DNA of 64,000 nucleotides from Vicugna vicugna. Taxonomy: Eukaryota. Position 1 is the first letter of the stretch, and each line of letters opens with the position of its first letter. The stretch spans positions 1,377,061 through 1,441,060 of the forward strand of contig MU058423.1 in the NCBI GenBank assembly GCA_013265495.1, given 5' to 3'. A program made the position numbers and the translations under genes. Below are positions 26,864 to 39,340 of the stretch, piece by piece. The notes beneath the pieces are model-generated. The model ran no database searches, was not told the DNA's origin, and saw only the letters and a program-made list of their open reading frames with translations.

Positions 26864-29002
26864 GTAGGCCAAAACAGGGGATGAGGACAGGCTCAGCTTC
26901 CACTAGGGCATGTGTGTCAGAGGATGGGATCGGGTGGGTCGGGGAGGCGGATGCTGCTGGGAGCCTTGACCTCCGTGGCGGGCGTGAGAGTCGCGTGCGG
27001 ACTCGCCCTGCCTCCAGGGACTACCGTACTCGACGCGCGGGAGAGGGACCGGGTGCTGGCTGGAGCCGCGGGCGGGCTCCCGGGGACCCGGGATGGGGCG
27101 GGAGCGGGTGCAGGCTGGGCTCAGGTCTCTGCGCCTCACCTTTCCGTCCAGGTCCTTGGTCTTCCCCACTGAACCCCAATCCGCATGCCCCTAGCCGGGC
27201 CAAGCTCCGCCTCCTGCATCATTTCCCAGCCCCAGGCAAAGCGTAGCCGAGATCTTCGTCCAAGAGCTTTGCGCCTCCGGAATAAAGCAGCGGTGGGTGT
27301 AAATAATTCCTTGGTTTTATTTCTTTTAAGCGGTTGCAAAGAACCTTCGCCCCAATTCCACAACAATCTGCGGTTAAGTATACGTACCCTTTATCACTGC
27401 TGGGCTCAGATTCCTTGTTGTGGGGCGGAGGTGGGGGATGGCGGGGGCGGAAGGAAGATTTGAAATTGCGATCCGTGTGACCTTGTTTTTACGCGAAGCT
27501 CAAATCTACTACACCCAATTCTATCGCGGGGTGCCCAACACGGAAAGATAAATGGCTCGTCCTTTGTGTCCTCAACCATGCTTACATTAGGATACGTTTG
27601 CGAAACGCTACATTTTTCCAGTTCCCCCAAAGTTAAATTTGTAAATCAGTACGCAAATACAGCTGTAATTTGCATTGCATCTTCGGATTCTCCACCGTTT
27701 CTCTCCTTGTAACATTTCATCCAGTTTACAAAAAAGCGCCTTAATCTTCTAGACTTTAGTTTTTAATCATACGAGAATATTACATTTGTTAGAAGGCCAA
27801 GTTACAGTTAAGAAAAATAACCATTTTCTATTATGCTTTGCTTTGGGCCTGATGATTCTGTGTACCGCTAAAAGGAGCTTAGGGCTTTCTCTCTTCACTT
27901 GGACTGTTTATTCTTATTGTTTCTAAGCAGTAACCACTTAGAGGAGACAGCATAAGAAATTCGTCTTTTTACCAGTGGCACTTCAATATTTGTGAAGTTT
28001 ACAAATTGTAGCTGCAGTTCTGATTCATGGATCTTCAAGGAGAGCAGAGAAGATAGGTGAGAGATGCAAGAACATTTTGTTAAACCCTCTCACTGCTATG
28101 CGAAGCTTATTCCTGCATATTTTCAAGTATCTTGAAAGTTTTCTTAAATTATAAACCGTTAAAATTAATTTTGCCTGGTTGGCAGTTAGCCAGCGGTGCT
28201 TCCAGCTTTCCAGTGATAACGACGCATAGGTAAGTAGTCTGCCCCACCTAGTTGGAGCGCTTAGGTTTCTCAGTAGTTATTAGCAAACTGGTAAACCATT
28301 TCAATCCCTGCTCCTTCTCTAAAATGTCAGTTCAGATAACCAGAACCCTTAAAACTTAAGGAAATAGGAATCCAAAATGATTCATATATACTAAGAATTA
28401 AGTGTTGTCGTTCCCCATCCCTGTGGCTAGTGGTGGTTGTGCAGAATTGATACATCACCTATCATTTTTATATTACATGCCCACTCTGTTCTGTTGTAAG
28501 GAACAGCCTTCTGAGATGGCTACTTTCAGGATACCGTAACTCAGAGAAGCTGAGTAACTTGCCTGAAATCATACAGCTGGGACATGAAAAGCTAGAATTT
28601 GCACTTAGATAAATCTGACCTCACAGCTGTGTTCTTTCCATTGCATCACAGGGACTAGTCTGTGCTTTATTTTGCTTAATATTAAGTTATCAGCCTTCCC
28701 TCATTATTGTCTTTCCTTCTGTGTTTTTCATTTTATTTTATCCTTTTTGAGATAAGGGAAAAGTGTCTAATGGGAGAAAGAATAAGAAAATTGATACCTC
28801 AGATTTAAAATATTAATTCTAGATGGTACAAATCATTATAAAATACATGAGTATCAACTACTTAAAGAAAAAATTAATAATGCTATAGAATAGTGTTCTG
28901 CCTACTGTGTTGGTGCATTGAATTGAAATTTTACATGTTTAAGAGCATCTGGGTCAAAACAACCTCTATTTTTTTGTATGTGGATTTCACGATTTTCAAA
29001 AG

Positions 29003-29053
29003 GTAAAGGTTTGGGCAGATTTTAAGACTGATATTTTGTGAACTTGTAAACAG
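29003..29053 (+). other. DRAM2: Candidate DRAM2 5'UTR exon
   Basis: T-rich tract, then caaaag|GTAAAGG...TTTTGTGAACTTGTAAACAG|gtaatt. It resembles, from memory only, the sequence just upstream of the first coding exon in human DRAM2 mRNA. Acceptor position is uncertain. Confidence 0.4.
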
Positions 29054-29269
29054 GTAATTCATCTTTCACATTCTAAAAGAGGAACAAACATTTATTGACC
29101 ACCTGTGAGAGTATCTTATGTATGTTATCTCATTTAGTTCTTGAAAAAAAACCTCTCTGAAGCGAGTATTATTTTAGCCCATAAACAGTAAATACTAAAA
29201 GCTACAAGTATCACCAATGTGTTTAGGTTCTTTACTTGTGCTATTGCAGCGTAATCCCTGCAATAATTA

Positions 29270-29480
29270 TCCGGCACAGCCCAACTTTCCTACAATAATG
29301 GAAATGTTCTGTATTTTCACCATCTTAAATAGTAGCCACTTGACACTTGTGGCTTTTGAGCACTTGAAATGTGTCTAGTGCAACTGAGGAACTGAAATTA
29401 AAATTTTTTTTTATTTTAATCAATTGAAATTTTAATTTCAACAGCCACATATGGCTAGTGGTAACTGTATTGGGCAGCCA
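29270..29480. mobile_element. MER3-like hAT-Charlie element (opposite orientation to the copy at 16.1 kb)
   Basis: gtggcttttgagcacttgaaatgtgtctagtgcaactgaggaactgaaatt...agccacatatggctagtgg. Confidence 0.75.
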
Positions 29481-29838
29481 AATACAGTCAAAATATCCCC
29501 ATTTTCCAAAGGAGAAACTAATTCAGAAAAATTAATGATGCTTGCCTAAGTTCACACAATTTTATTTTAAAAAAAGTTTTTGAGCAGAAAAACATTTTAG
29601 GAATGTTAATTTGGCAGTGCATATAGAATGGATGGAGGGGAAGAGAAAAAGCAGACCAAAAGAGTTGAGAATCTGACCTAAGTGGTTACACTGGTAAACT
29701 ACAAGGAAGAATGGTTGCAAATGGCTGGAGGTAGAATTGTCATCACCTAGTGACAACACGTGAGGGCTTTGGAAGAGAGAACCTAAAGGTACTTTGAGGC
29801 CTTAGAATCTGGATGGCCTGGAAAAATGGTAATACATA

Positions 29839-30329
29839 CAGATCTTCCTCCACCTTTGATGGGGTTACATCCCAATAAACCCATTGTAAGCTGAAAATAT
29901 CCGAAGTCAATAATGCATTAATACGTATAACCTACTGAAATATCGTACGTAGCTTAACTTAACCTACCATAAACTTGCTGAAACACTTGTATTAGTCTGC
30001 AGTTGGGCAAAATCATCTAACACAAAGCCCATTTTATAATGAAGTATTGAATTCTCATGTAATTTATTGACTACTGTACTGAAAATGAAAAACAGAGTGC
30101 TTGTGTGGGTACAGATGGTGATAAGGGAATCGGCTGTTCACCCTGGATGGTGTGGCTGACTGGGAGCTGTGGCTTGCTGCTGTTTCACAAGAGTATCATG
30201 CTGCACATCACGAGCCCAGGAAAAGATCAAAACTCGAGTGTGATGTCTAATGAATGCTTATTGCTTTTGCACCATAATAAAGTGGAAAAATTTTTAAGAT
30301 GAACTATATCGTAAGTTGGGGGTGGCCGG
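29839..30329. mobile_element. TcMar-Tigger-type element (MER82-like)
   Basis: ta|cagatcttcctc...gatggggttacatcccaataaacccattgtaag start; ends atcgtaagttggggg...|ta. Confidence 0.7.
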
Positions 30330-32274
30330 TATTGTGTACTGAAATAGGAAAATCATAAACCTTTTGAGGGCTTAAAGGGATTTGATTTTGGCTGTTTGTT
30401 CATTAAAAAAAAAACTTACTGAGTAATTTCTATGAGCAAGGCCCTCTTCTCTGCTTGGGTAGTAAAGTGGAGTCCCACATCAAGGATTTTATCCACGTCA
30501 GACACCCAGATTTTTATACCATAAAAGATAATGAGCTGTAAGAGATGTGCAAATAAAGTGTTCTCAGAGGAAAGGGTGCTTAATTCCAGATTTGAAGGGA
30601 TTAGGAAAGGTTGTGAGTAGAAGATGGTATTTCAGCTCCAGTTTGAAGAGTAAGAAGGATTTGGACATGCAAAAGCGATTAAAGGAGGAGGTTATGCTTC
30701 TAACCATGGGTGGACGAAACGTTTTAAAAATCTCCTTTGCTAAAACACCCAAATGCTTAATAAATTACAGTAGCCTCTTAAATGCATAGCAGTTCGTGAA
30801 GGAAAGAAAGGGAAATTCCTAAGCCTAGAAAGTCAAAGAGAGCTGAAACCAGAGTGGTAAACCAGCAGTGTGTCTCTTTGGGGGTGCTTTTGGCTAGCAG
30901 CAGAAATAAAGTACAATTAAGGATGAATGATAGGCTCCCCGTGCTCCCCACCCAAAGTAGAGAGATGGAACTCATAGCCCTTGACCTCCCAGGTGTACGC
31001 CTCCAAGGGACACCATTCGCGTGATAGTTTGTGTGGATGATGCCCATGTGTCGGGATATCTTTTTTTCATAAAAAGTAAAATGTAGTTATTTTTACTTGA
31101 AATTGTGCAGCTCAGCTCAGGGCCTTGGAACCACCTCTCTCCAGTTCAGCCAGGACCCTCAAAAATCTGTACACTCAGTGAAAGGTGGGCTAGAAAGAAT
31201 ACTGCCTTCCTGACACAGGGGGGTCACAAAGAAATGTATTCGTTTTCACCACAGCTCCGGGTGGGGAAATAAAGATAACCACATAAGAACTTGAAACTAT
31301 AGGGTCTGGCATTACTCAGCTTCAAGGTTCAAATTTACGTATCTAAGTGGTCTAAAAAAATAAGGAAGCCAAGAAATTAAAGTTGGCCCAGGTTAGTGAT
31401 GTGCCACAGTGCCTGGCAAAAATACAGACTGACTCTCCCTGCAATGATTTATCCTTAATCTAAGCTGTTTAGAATACTCCCAGTTAAGATCATCCAGACA
31501 GGGGCTCATAGTCAAAAACGAAAAAAACACATGCGCAAGGGTTGGCAGAACCGACAAATATGAAACTAGACTCCTTAAGATTATAGATTTGAATTGATCA
31601 GAAACAAAATAACATTTAAAGAGATGAAAGGAGAGACGTGAAAGATTTTGGAAGTTATTCGAAATTTATAGAAATTGAGAATTATTCGGGAAACTTACAC
31701 TAGAATATTAAGGACTGATCTGGGGAAAAGAACAGAAAAGAGGAGATTGTGATAATTGAGACAGGAAGTTACTCAAAGCAAGTATATAATGGTGACTTCA
31801 GGGAGAAAGGAAAAGAAACTTAGGTAGCACAAGTTAAATGTACATATTTAGCAACAAGTCAGATGATCTGAGTAAGTGACAAGTACAAATCAAAAGTGGC
31901 TGAGATGACATTATTTGGAAGGTCAGTCTGGGATGAGGAAGCTGAGCACATTGGAGGATCTTGGAAATCAGAGTTGTAAGTTTTTACAAAGCTCACAGGA
32001 AATGCTAAATTTCAGTCCATCAAACTGTAAGAAGATACTCCAAACATGAAATTATTTTCACATGTGTCGGAGTAATTTCTTAATGTTTGAAAGTGCCTCT
32101 GTATTTTTCTTTTAATTTAATGTATGAAGATACATTGATGTTTTCTAATTCATATTATTGACCACTTATTACTTACCAACATCCAGACAAAACATCGTGG
32201 ACAAAGGCATGCCAGAAGGCATGACACATTTGAGGAATTTTGAAATTTTTGAACACATTTGAAAGAAATTTTCT

Positions 32275-32470
32275 GTGGCAACATAGCATAGTGATTGGTA
32301 TTAGAATGGAACTGCCTGAGTTTGAATCATGTCTACTGCAGCCCTCTGAACTTGGGCAATTCTTGTATCCTCTAAATTCTGTAGTGAGGAGTAAATGAGA
32401 TCATGTATTTAAGGTGCTTAGTAGTCTTGCTGACATATGGTAGTTTGCTTTTATAATGAGGATGAAGATG
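32275..32470 (+). mobile_element. MIR SINE
   Basis: catagcatagtgatt...actgcctgagtttgaatc...aacttgggcaa...aaatgagatcatgtatttaaggtgcttag. Confidence 0.65.
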
Positions 32471-32499
32471 ATAATAGCGAAATCAAATAACTGAGATCA

Positions 32500-32960
32500 A
32501 AGAAGTGGCCAGAGACGAATGTAGAAACGTCAGTAGAGATTAGACAGTAAAAGGACCTTATAGACCGTGTTAAGGAGGAAAGACAGCTTATAAGGGCCTA
32601 GGGGAGGCGCTCAGAGATTCTTCAAAGGAGAATAAAATGGTCAGATTGGTATTTCAGGGTAAGAAGGCTCATTCCAATTTAAGAATGAAATCTAGATTGC
32701 CTGTGGTCCAGACTAGGAGAGGACCATTTAGGAAGTTTTTATAATCTAGTTGGGAAGTGATGGTGGTTTAGGTAGGGTACTGGCAGTAAAGATGGAGAGA
32801 AGGGTTAGATATGAAGAAATTTAGGAGGTGGAATAAACAGCCTTTGGTGTACTTGATTATGTGTAGAAGGACAGGGGAGAAAAAATTTCTGGATACAAGA
32901 AGTGGGTGAATCTTGTTTCCATTTACTAAGAAATTGAAAGAGAGCCAGTGTTAGTAGATG
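32500..32960 (-). mobile_element. L2 LINE remnant
   Basis: atggtcagattggtattt; gatggtggtttag; ggcagtaaagatggagagaag; tttaggaggtggaataaacag. Confidence 0.6.
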
Positions 32961-33103
32961 GTGCTGGGCGGATCAGAAGTGAAGCAGCTGAGGGTGAGAA
33001 ATGTACAAGGTTGTGGGACGGGGTGGCTGAAGTAGAATAGGTAACATACTCGTGATTAATCTTTACTAATTTGTTTGTTTCTGCTTCAGAAGACCTGTTT
33101 GAG

Positions 33104-33234
33104 ATGTGGTGGTTTCAGCAAGGCCTCAGTTTCCTTCCTTCAGCCCTTGTCATTTGGACAGCTGCTGCTTTCATATTTTCATACATCACTGCCATAGAAC
33201 TCCACCACGTTGACCCTGTTTTGCCTTATATCAG
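33104..33234 (+). CDS. DRAM2: DRAM2 first coding exon (131 coding nt; exon begins at 33090)
   Basis: Acceptor ctgcttcag| 14 nt before the ATG. Encodes [43 protein letters not shown](S); donor AG|gttagt. Frag1/DRAM/Sfk1 family N-terminus. Confidence 0.97.
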
Positions 33235-33564
33235 GTTAGTGAAGTGTATTCCTATATAGGACATCATCATGTCTCATTCATATTTTAGCATTGGACCCAA
33301 TATTTAATTTTAACATTTTAAAATTCAGATTTTATGTTTGATACTATGACAATAAAAGGAATGTAAAGAGGAAGTTTATTTGGCTCTTTCTGTGTGATGG
33401 AGAAATGTGGAGACAGAGGGCTAAGATTCAGTTAGTGAATTATGACACTTCAGTGCCTTGTCTTCCAAATAAGTATCTGAGGTCTCAGAAGATAGAATTG
33501 GAATTATTTTCCCCTTAAAATTAAAACATGCTGAAACAATAATAATAATAATATTAAAAGATAG

Positions 33565-33790
33565 TGTTAATGGTAAACATTTATTGATCTACTTACTGTG
33601 TACAAGGCAATGTTCTAAGCATTCTTCAGGTCTTAAAGAATTGAATTCTTACAACCACCTTTTGAGGTGGGAACTATGACCCCCATTTGATAGAGGAGGA
33701 AATGCAGTCCAGGGAAGTTGTCATTTGTCCAAGGGAACATGACTCAGTAATTGGGCAATTGGATTCTAGAGGCTATGCTCTTACTTTTTA
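33565..33790 (-). mobile_element. MIR SINE
   Basis: aacatttattga...ttctaagca...ccccatttgatagaggaggaaa...ttgtccaagg. Confidence 0.65.
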
Positions 33791-35450
33791 TGACTTGTTA
33801 CCTAGAACTTTCTGACACATTGAATATTAAAATTTTATTGGTAATATTTTTGAAATTTCAAAACTATTAATGATTTAAGTATGGGTACTCAATTGTGTGT
33901 GCTATGTCCATAACCCTCTTTTTTTTTCCCAATTATAAAGGCAGTATGTGCTTATTATAACAAATTTTAAACAGTACTAGAGTGATCATAAAAATAAAAA
34001 GTGAAAGTCTCTTCCAACGTCCTCTCCAGTCCCTGCCCCTCCAAAGGTGCTTAATGGTTTGGTTGATTTCCTTCCACAGTTTAGCTTAAATCAGGACATT
34101 ACCATCTGCATTTGTTGTTTCCACAGTGGTATGGTATGGCAGAAAGATTAACAAAAAATTGAGTCCTTTAGGGTGATTTACAAAACCCAAAGTTATTTCA
34201 GAATTTAAGGTTTCAGTTCTAGGAGTAATTTGACAAATAGTCACCACTGTTTATGACTCTGCTAGAGAGATATGTAACTTAAGGAACCAGTTCATTTTTT
34301 AGTAACTCTAAGGCAACATACATATTCATGAGGGTCCTTCAGCATTTTTATTTCCTCTCAAAGAACTTGTCTGCTTTCATTTTTAAAGAGTTTTTGTCTT
34401 TGTTTTTGTATTTTAATGATTCTTAAAGCCAGTTTGTTTCATATCTTGTAATCCCCCTTATGGTGCAGTTTTCTGATTAAACTACATGTTCATTATAAAA
34501 AATCCAAAAAATACATTAAAATGTAAAGAAGAAAGCTCTTTAAATTTTTTCAACTTTTATTTCTTTGATTATTGCTTCTCTGTCTTATTTTCTCTATAAT
34601 TTCTATTATATATATTTCCTATACCTCCTCATTAAAGAGCGTTTAATAATTTAAGAGACCACTGAGCTCTTTGGAGTTTCAGTTCTCTGATGGTTTTGCA
34701 TGTGATTTTCTGATAGAATCCTAGACACTTCCTTTTCTGTCTGTCCTGCCTTTTTAAATTTTTTTTGGTCATGAACTTAGTTGTTTTAACCCTGGGATCT
34801 TTCTCCAACATCCTAATATATTTCAATTCAGTGGTACTTATTTTTACTTCTCTTAGGCTCATTTCCTTCATCTGAAAAATGATTATGTTAGACAAAATAC
34901 TCTGTAAAGTTCCTTTCAGTTCATAAATCCTATCTAAAAGGTTTAATTGTGATAGCCACAAGAAGACATAACCAAATGTAAATTCCACTTGGAAGACAAT
35001 TCCACTGCAAGTGTGCTTTCGGTGTTCTAGTTGATTGAAGCAGTGAACACTGAAGAAAGGTTCATGAGACTAACCACTGGGGTATGAGAAGAAATTATTA
35101 AAACATCTATGTATGTTTTTTTATTTCAAAATATTTAAACTTATGTTTAATATATGTATAATAATATAACAGAGAACATATATTGGTGATCAGACCATTT
35201 TTTTTCTGATGCTGTGTGATCAGAATAGCTTGATGACCGCTGATTGGGTTGAAGTGCTGTGCTGACAAGGTGATGGGCGTGGCTGTTTCCACACACAGGC
35301 CAATTTGTCATTTTGTTCCAGAGCACGTCTTGGACATGCATCCGACTACTTACTTATTGGGTAATCCAAAACAGGAGCATCAATTAGAATATGACTATTA
35401 AAGTTAAGGATTTTTTTCTGATTATAAGAATGGTAATTGTGTATTACTCT

Positions 35451-35590
35451 TTTTTTTTTTTTAAGTTTTTTGCAGGGAGAGGTAATTAGGTTTACTTACT
35501 TATTTTTTAATGGAGGTACTGGGGATTGAACCCAGGACCTTGTGCGTACATGCTAGGCATGCACTCTACCAATGAGCTATACCGTCCCCC
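35451..35590 (-). mobile_element. tRNA-derived SINE, camelid Vic-1-like, with target-site duplication
   Basis: Minus strand reads gggggacggtatagctcattggtagag (A box) ... ggttcaatcc (B box) ... A-rich tail. Flanked by ttgtgtattactct (35437-35450) and ttgtatattattct (35592-35605). Confidence 0.85.
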
Positions 35591-35954
35591 TTTGTATATT
35601 ATTCTTGAAAATTTGAAATGTAGGAGGAACAACAACAACAAACATAACCTCCACTCCCTGAAAATGATCAAAGAGTATCAAACTCTTTTGTATCTGAAGA
35701 TACATTTTAGAGTGGGAAGGAGCAATCCTTAGAATTCATATTCGATACTTTACTTTTCCTAAACCTTATCCAAATGTTCATCAGATCTTACTAATTCCTT
35801 ACTGGATGTGACTTTTCCATTTCTCTTTTATTTCCATTACATTGTCTTAGTTGAGATCCGTTTTATTTCTTTCCTGTAGTACTTCGGTTTGAGACCAAAG
35901 ACTTTGTCTTTTTAATCTTTACAGTCGTTTGGGGAAAGGGGAAGGAACTAGCCA

Positions 35955-36140
35955 ACATTTAATGGGTGTCTCCAGCATGCCTGTTACTGTGCTAGATACT
36001 TTGCATGTATTACCACAGTTTCATTTCCTCAAGTTGACCCAGTGAGGCTGGGAGGAAATTGATAGCCCCATTTCACAGACAGGGCACAAGGCTTCACAGT
36101 TAGTAAATGGTGGGTTGTTGATCGAGATCTGTGTAGTCCA
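35955..36140 (-). mobile_element. MIR SINE
   Basis: aacatttaatggg...actgtgctagatacttt...cccatttcacaga...cacagttagtaaatgg. Confidence 0.6.
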
Positions 36141-36759
36141 CCCTGCGCTGAAAGACAGACATGTAAACAGACATACTGCAATACAGTGTGATACGGGATT
36201 TTGATGGGAGTCCGGACTGAATGCTCTGTGCATCAGCCTGCTGCTAGAGGGGTTGGCGAAGGCTGTAGAGAGGAGGGAACTCAAAACTGGTCTTGAATGG
36301 AAGCTCCAGAAGTGTAAGGGCTTTGTTTCTTTTATTTACCACTGTATTCCTGTCCCTAAAGTGCTGTCCCACACGGTAGGTGCTTGGTAAATAATCAGGA
36401 AATGATCAGGTGTTAATTGAATGGAGGCAGAGTCAACAACAGATGTCAAAAGACAGAGTCATGAAAGATCTTGTGGTGTTTCGGTAATATTCAGGTGAGA
36501 CAGATCGCCTGACTGATCTATGTCAATAACACAGCCTTAACATGCCTGGGATAGCTCTTTTATCAATTTAGATTGACTTCTGTTATGTGAAGAAGGAATA
36601 ATCTTAAGTGATACATGAACGAGGCAAATATTGTGAGCTCAAATTATGTTTTCATAAAATCACGTAAAAGTTGAGCTCATGAATTTATGAGAAGGTACAG
36701 GATTTGAAGTAACCTCTATTGTTTCCTATCCCTTAGAAGAAATACATGTGTGTATCTAA

Positions 36760-36870
<111 letters not shown>

Positions 36871-38021
36871 TGATGAGAGTGGTTTTAATGGTCAAAATTA
36901 GTAGCTGAATTGAGCTTTTCTTGTTTCAACACTATCGTGTTACTTGTGTTACTTTCTAGGTATAATTGAAGAAATGTTGTTATTGATCACAGATATGTTT
37001 CTTTAAAAAAAATTCTAGAAATGCTAAATTCTGGAAATATTTTAAAATATATATATAGGGCTCTTTGACCACTCATCCAAATAGAAGTTGTAAAATATAA
37101 CCAAATATTTGTTGAGGCCTTAAGTGGATTTCTTTAGCAGCCTATAGAAGACTGTAAACAGGCTGATCGCAACTAACCCCAATGAAATTTTTTTAAGATA
37201 AACAATTTAGAAGTATAAGGATAGCTATGGAACCATGTTTTGATTTTTGAGCGATATTCTAATGCCAAAGGAATGGAGTTCTGCTACAATATTTTGCATT
37301 CATGTTCATTATTTACTTTTGAACCAATTTTTTTCTATTAATGGTTTACTAAAATACTGCTTTTTCCATCAATCGTGATTGTTTTAAATATTTTCATTTT
37401 GTCCCTGTGATGTTTATTATTTGCTCAGATCAAACACTGAAGATAAAAAAATGATTCAATGTATAAAAGTTCATCTTATGACTAACATTTTTAAAAATGT
37501 ATCTACAAAAGCATACCTGTGTTACATTTCTACACTTCTGAGTTCTTTGGCATTATTTTTGCAATAGAAGGTTTGATTTGGCCCTTTCTTAACTAACAAG
37601 GACAGTCAAATGGGTTTGGGTTTTTTTTTTTTCCTAACTGCTATATCTGATTGAGCCAAGTTGTAGTTATTTGACATAAAAGGAAAAGAAAGTGAGTCAA
37701 ATAATTTTTGGGTGTTTTTTTTTGCCTATGTCCATTTTATCCATATTGTAGGACAAACTGCTTTAGACTTTAGTACTAATTATATAGAATATTTTGTTTT
37801 TTATATAACATTTACTATTAGAGATTTTTCAGAAAGTGTCAGACTTATCTCTTAAATTTTTCCTAACTTATTTTTAATATGAAGCCTGTGGGAGGCAAAC
37901 GACTTGCTCGGTCACACAGACATATCAATAGATTCATAATGCAGCCTTAAGAGTACTTAGAAGTCTACAGCTGTTACTTAGTTACTTACTACTTTGCTGT
38001 TTTCTCATTCTGTCTTCCCAG

Positions 38022-38161
38022 GCGTTGCTACCATTTATGTTCGTTATAAGCAAGTTCATGCTCTGAATCCTGAAGAGAGCTGTATCATCAAATTAAACAA
38101 GGCTGGCCTTGTACTTGGATTACTGAGTTGTTTAGGACTTTCTGTTGTGGCAAACTTCCAG
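38022..38161 (+). CDS. DRAM2: DRAM2 coding exon 3 (140 nt)
   Basis: cttcccag|GC GTT GCT ... TTC CAG|gtttgt, encoding (C)[46 protein letters not shown]. Confidence 0.96.
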
Positions 38162-38999
38162 GTTTGTGTTTTAGCCCAGCATAGGTATTTTCCTGAAACA
38201 CATAAAAATCCACATTAAAAAAAGAAAAGCTGACGCATTTGGTTACATGCTGTCATTGTTTCTTTGCCTTAACAAAATGGAATGCACTGCCTTTAAATTA
38301 TTTGACCCTCTTAGAAATTAGAGAAATTGATTCTCAGTAATCTCCTGAACAAATATAAATTATTCTGATTTTCAAAAAATCCCCAGGACTCATTACTTGG
38401 TAGATTCTTTATTACTACTTAGTTGGAGATTACCCCAAGACAGAATTGATATCAATTGTAAGTGACACAATTATAGATTTCAACATTTTTTAAATATGCC
38501 TAACAGGTTGTACTTAATCTACCTATTTTATATTCTTGTTTAGATGTTCCCATTGATTGCTTGTGTTCCTAGGTACCCAGCCCCTTATATGAGGAAGTAA
38601 AAGGAGGCTCTATAGCTCTTCCAGCCTTTTCTCAGGGAATTCTTAATGTTAAAGTGGCAGTCAGCCTTCACCAAATATTTGCAAACTCTCCACATTCCTT
38701 TTTATTGACATTCTTTCAGAGGAGTCTTTGGTAATACCAGCTGCATCCTGGGCATATGGTGCTTTTTGATTAATCCCTGCCGTCTTTAAAGTTTCAATTT
38801 AGAGATTTGGTAACCTGCTTACATACCTAATAACCATTCAGACATACAAACACACACTCGTCATATAAATACACATATAAAGGCATATTCCATCTCTCTT
38901 ATTTAGAGTTCTCCTTTCTTAAATACTTCTGATTGGCTCTCCTATTTTTCAGTGTTTTGGTAATGGTTAATACTCGTAAATGCTATAAATATAACCCAA

Positions 39000-39340
39000 G
39001 TGGGTACCAGGGTAATGCTTGCTGCTCTAACGAAGTCCAGAATTTCAATGTCTTAACACAATTGACGTTTATTTCTTATATACGTGAATCCAGTGAAGGT
39101 ATTTTTGATTGATAGATGGCTTTCCTCCCACAGTGATTTAAGGTCCAGACACGATCCATCTGTGGGTCCTGCTGTTCCCTAAGACCCTCTTATCTTCTGC
39201 ATCTGTCTGCCTTAAACAGTCAAAGAGAACATGCAGAAATCACACCTGCTTCTTAAAAACCTTAACCGGGCAGTGACTCATATCATTCCACTGACATTCA
39301 TTTCCTAGGTGCAGGAGGGGCTGGGGAATATAGTCTGTGG
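39000..39340 (-). mobile_element. Old MaLR (MLT1-type) LTR remnant
   Basis: gctgctctaac...atttcaatgtcttaacaca...gtttatttctt...gcaggaggggctggggaatatagtc. Confidence 0.5.

Larger units (their letters stand above)
26230..27500. promoter_or_regulatory. CpG island / bidirectional promoter of CEPT1 and DRAM2
   Basis: Abrupt GC- and CpG-rich segment with GC boxes in otherwise AT-rich DNA. It lies between the two divergently oriented genes and carries outward-facing splice donors on both strands. Confidence 0.92.

Noticed and set aside
25933..27463. Cluster of long overlapping ORFs (up to 251 aa) on both strands
   Set aside because: Pro/Arg/Gly/Ala-rich translations with no recognisable domain; expected from the scarcity of stop codons in a CpG island.
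33087..33092. CAGAAG tandem (NAGNAG) acceptor at the first DRAM2 coding exon
   Set aside because: Would change only 3 nt of 5'UTR, and AAG is the weaker site.
35505..35590. tRNA-like sequence
   Set aside because: It is the head of a SINE with a tail and target-site duplication, not a tRNA gene.
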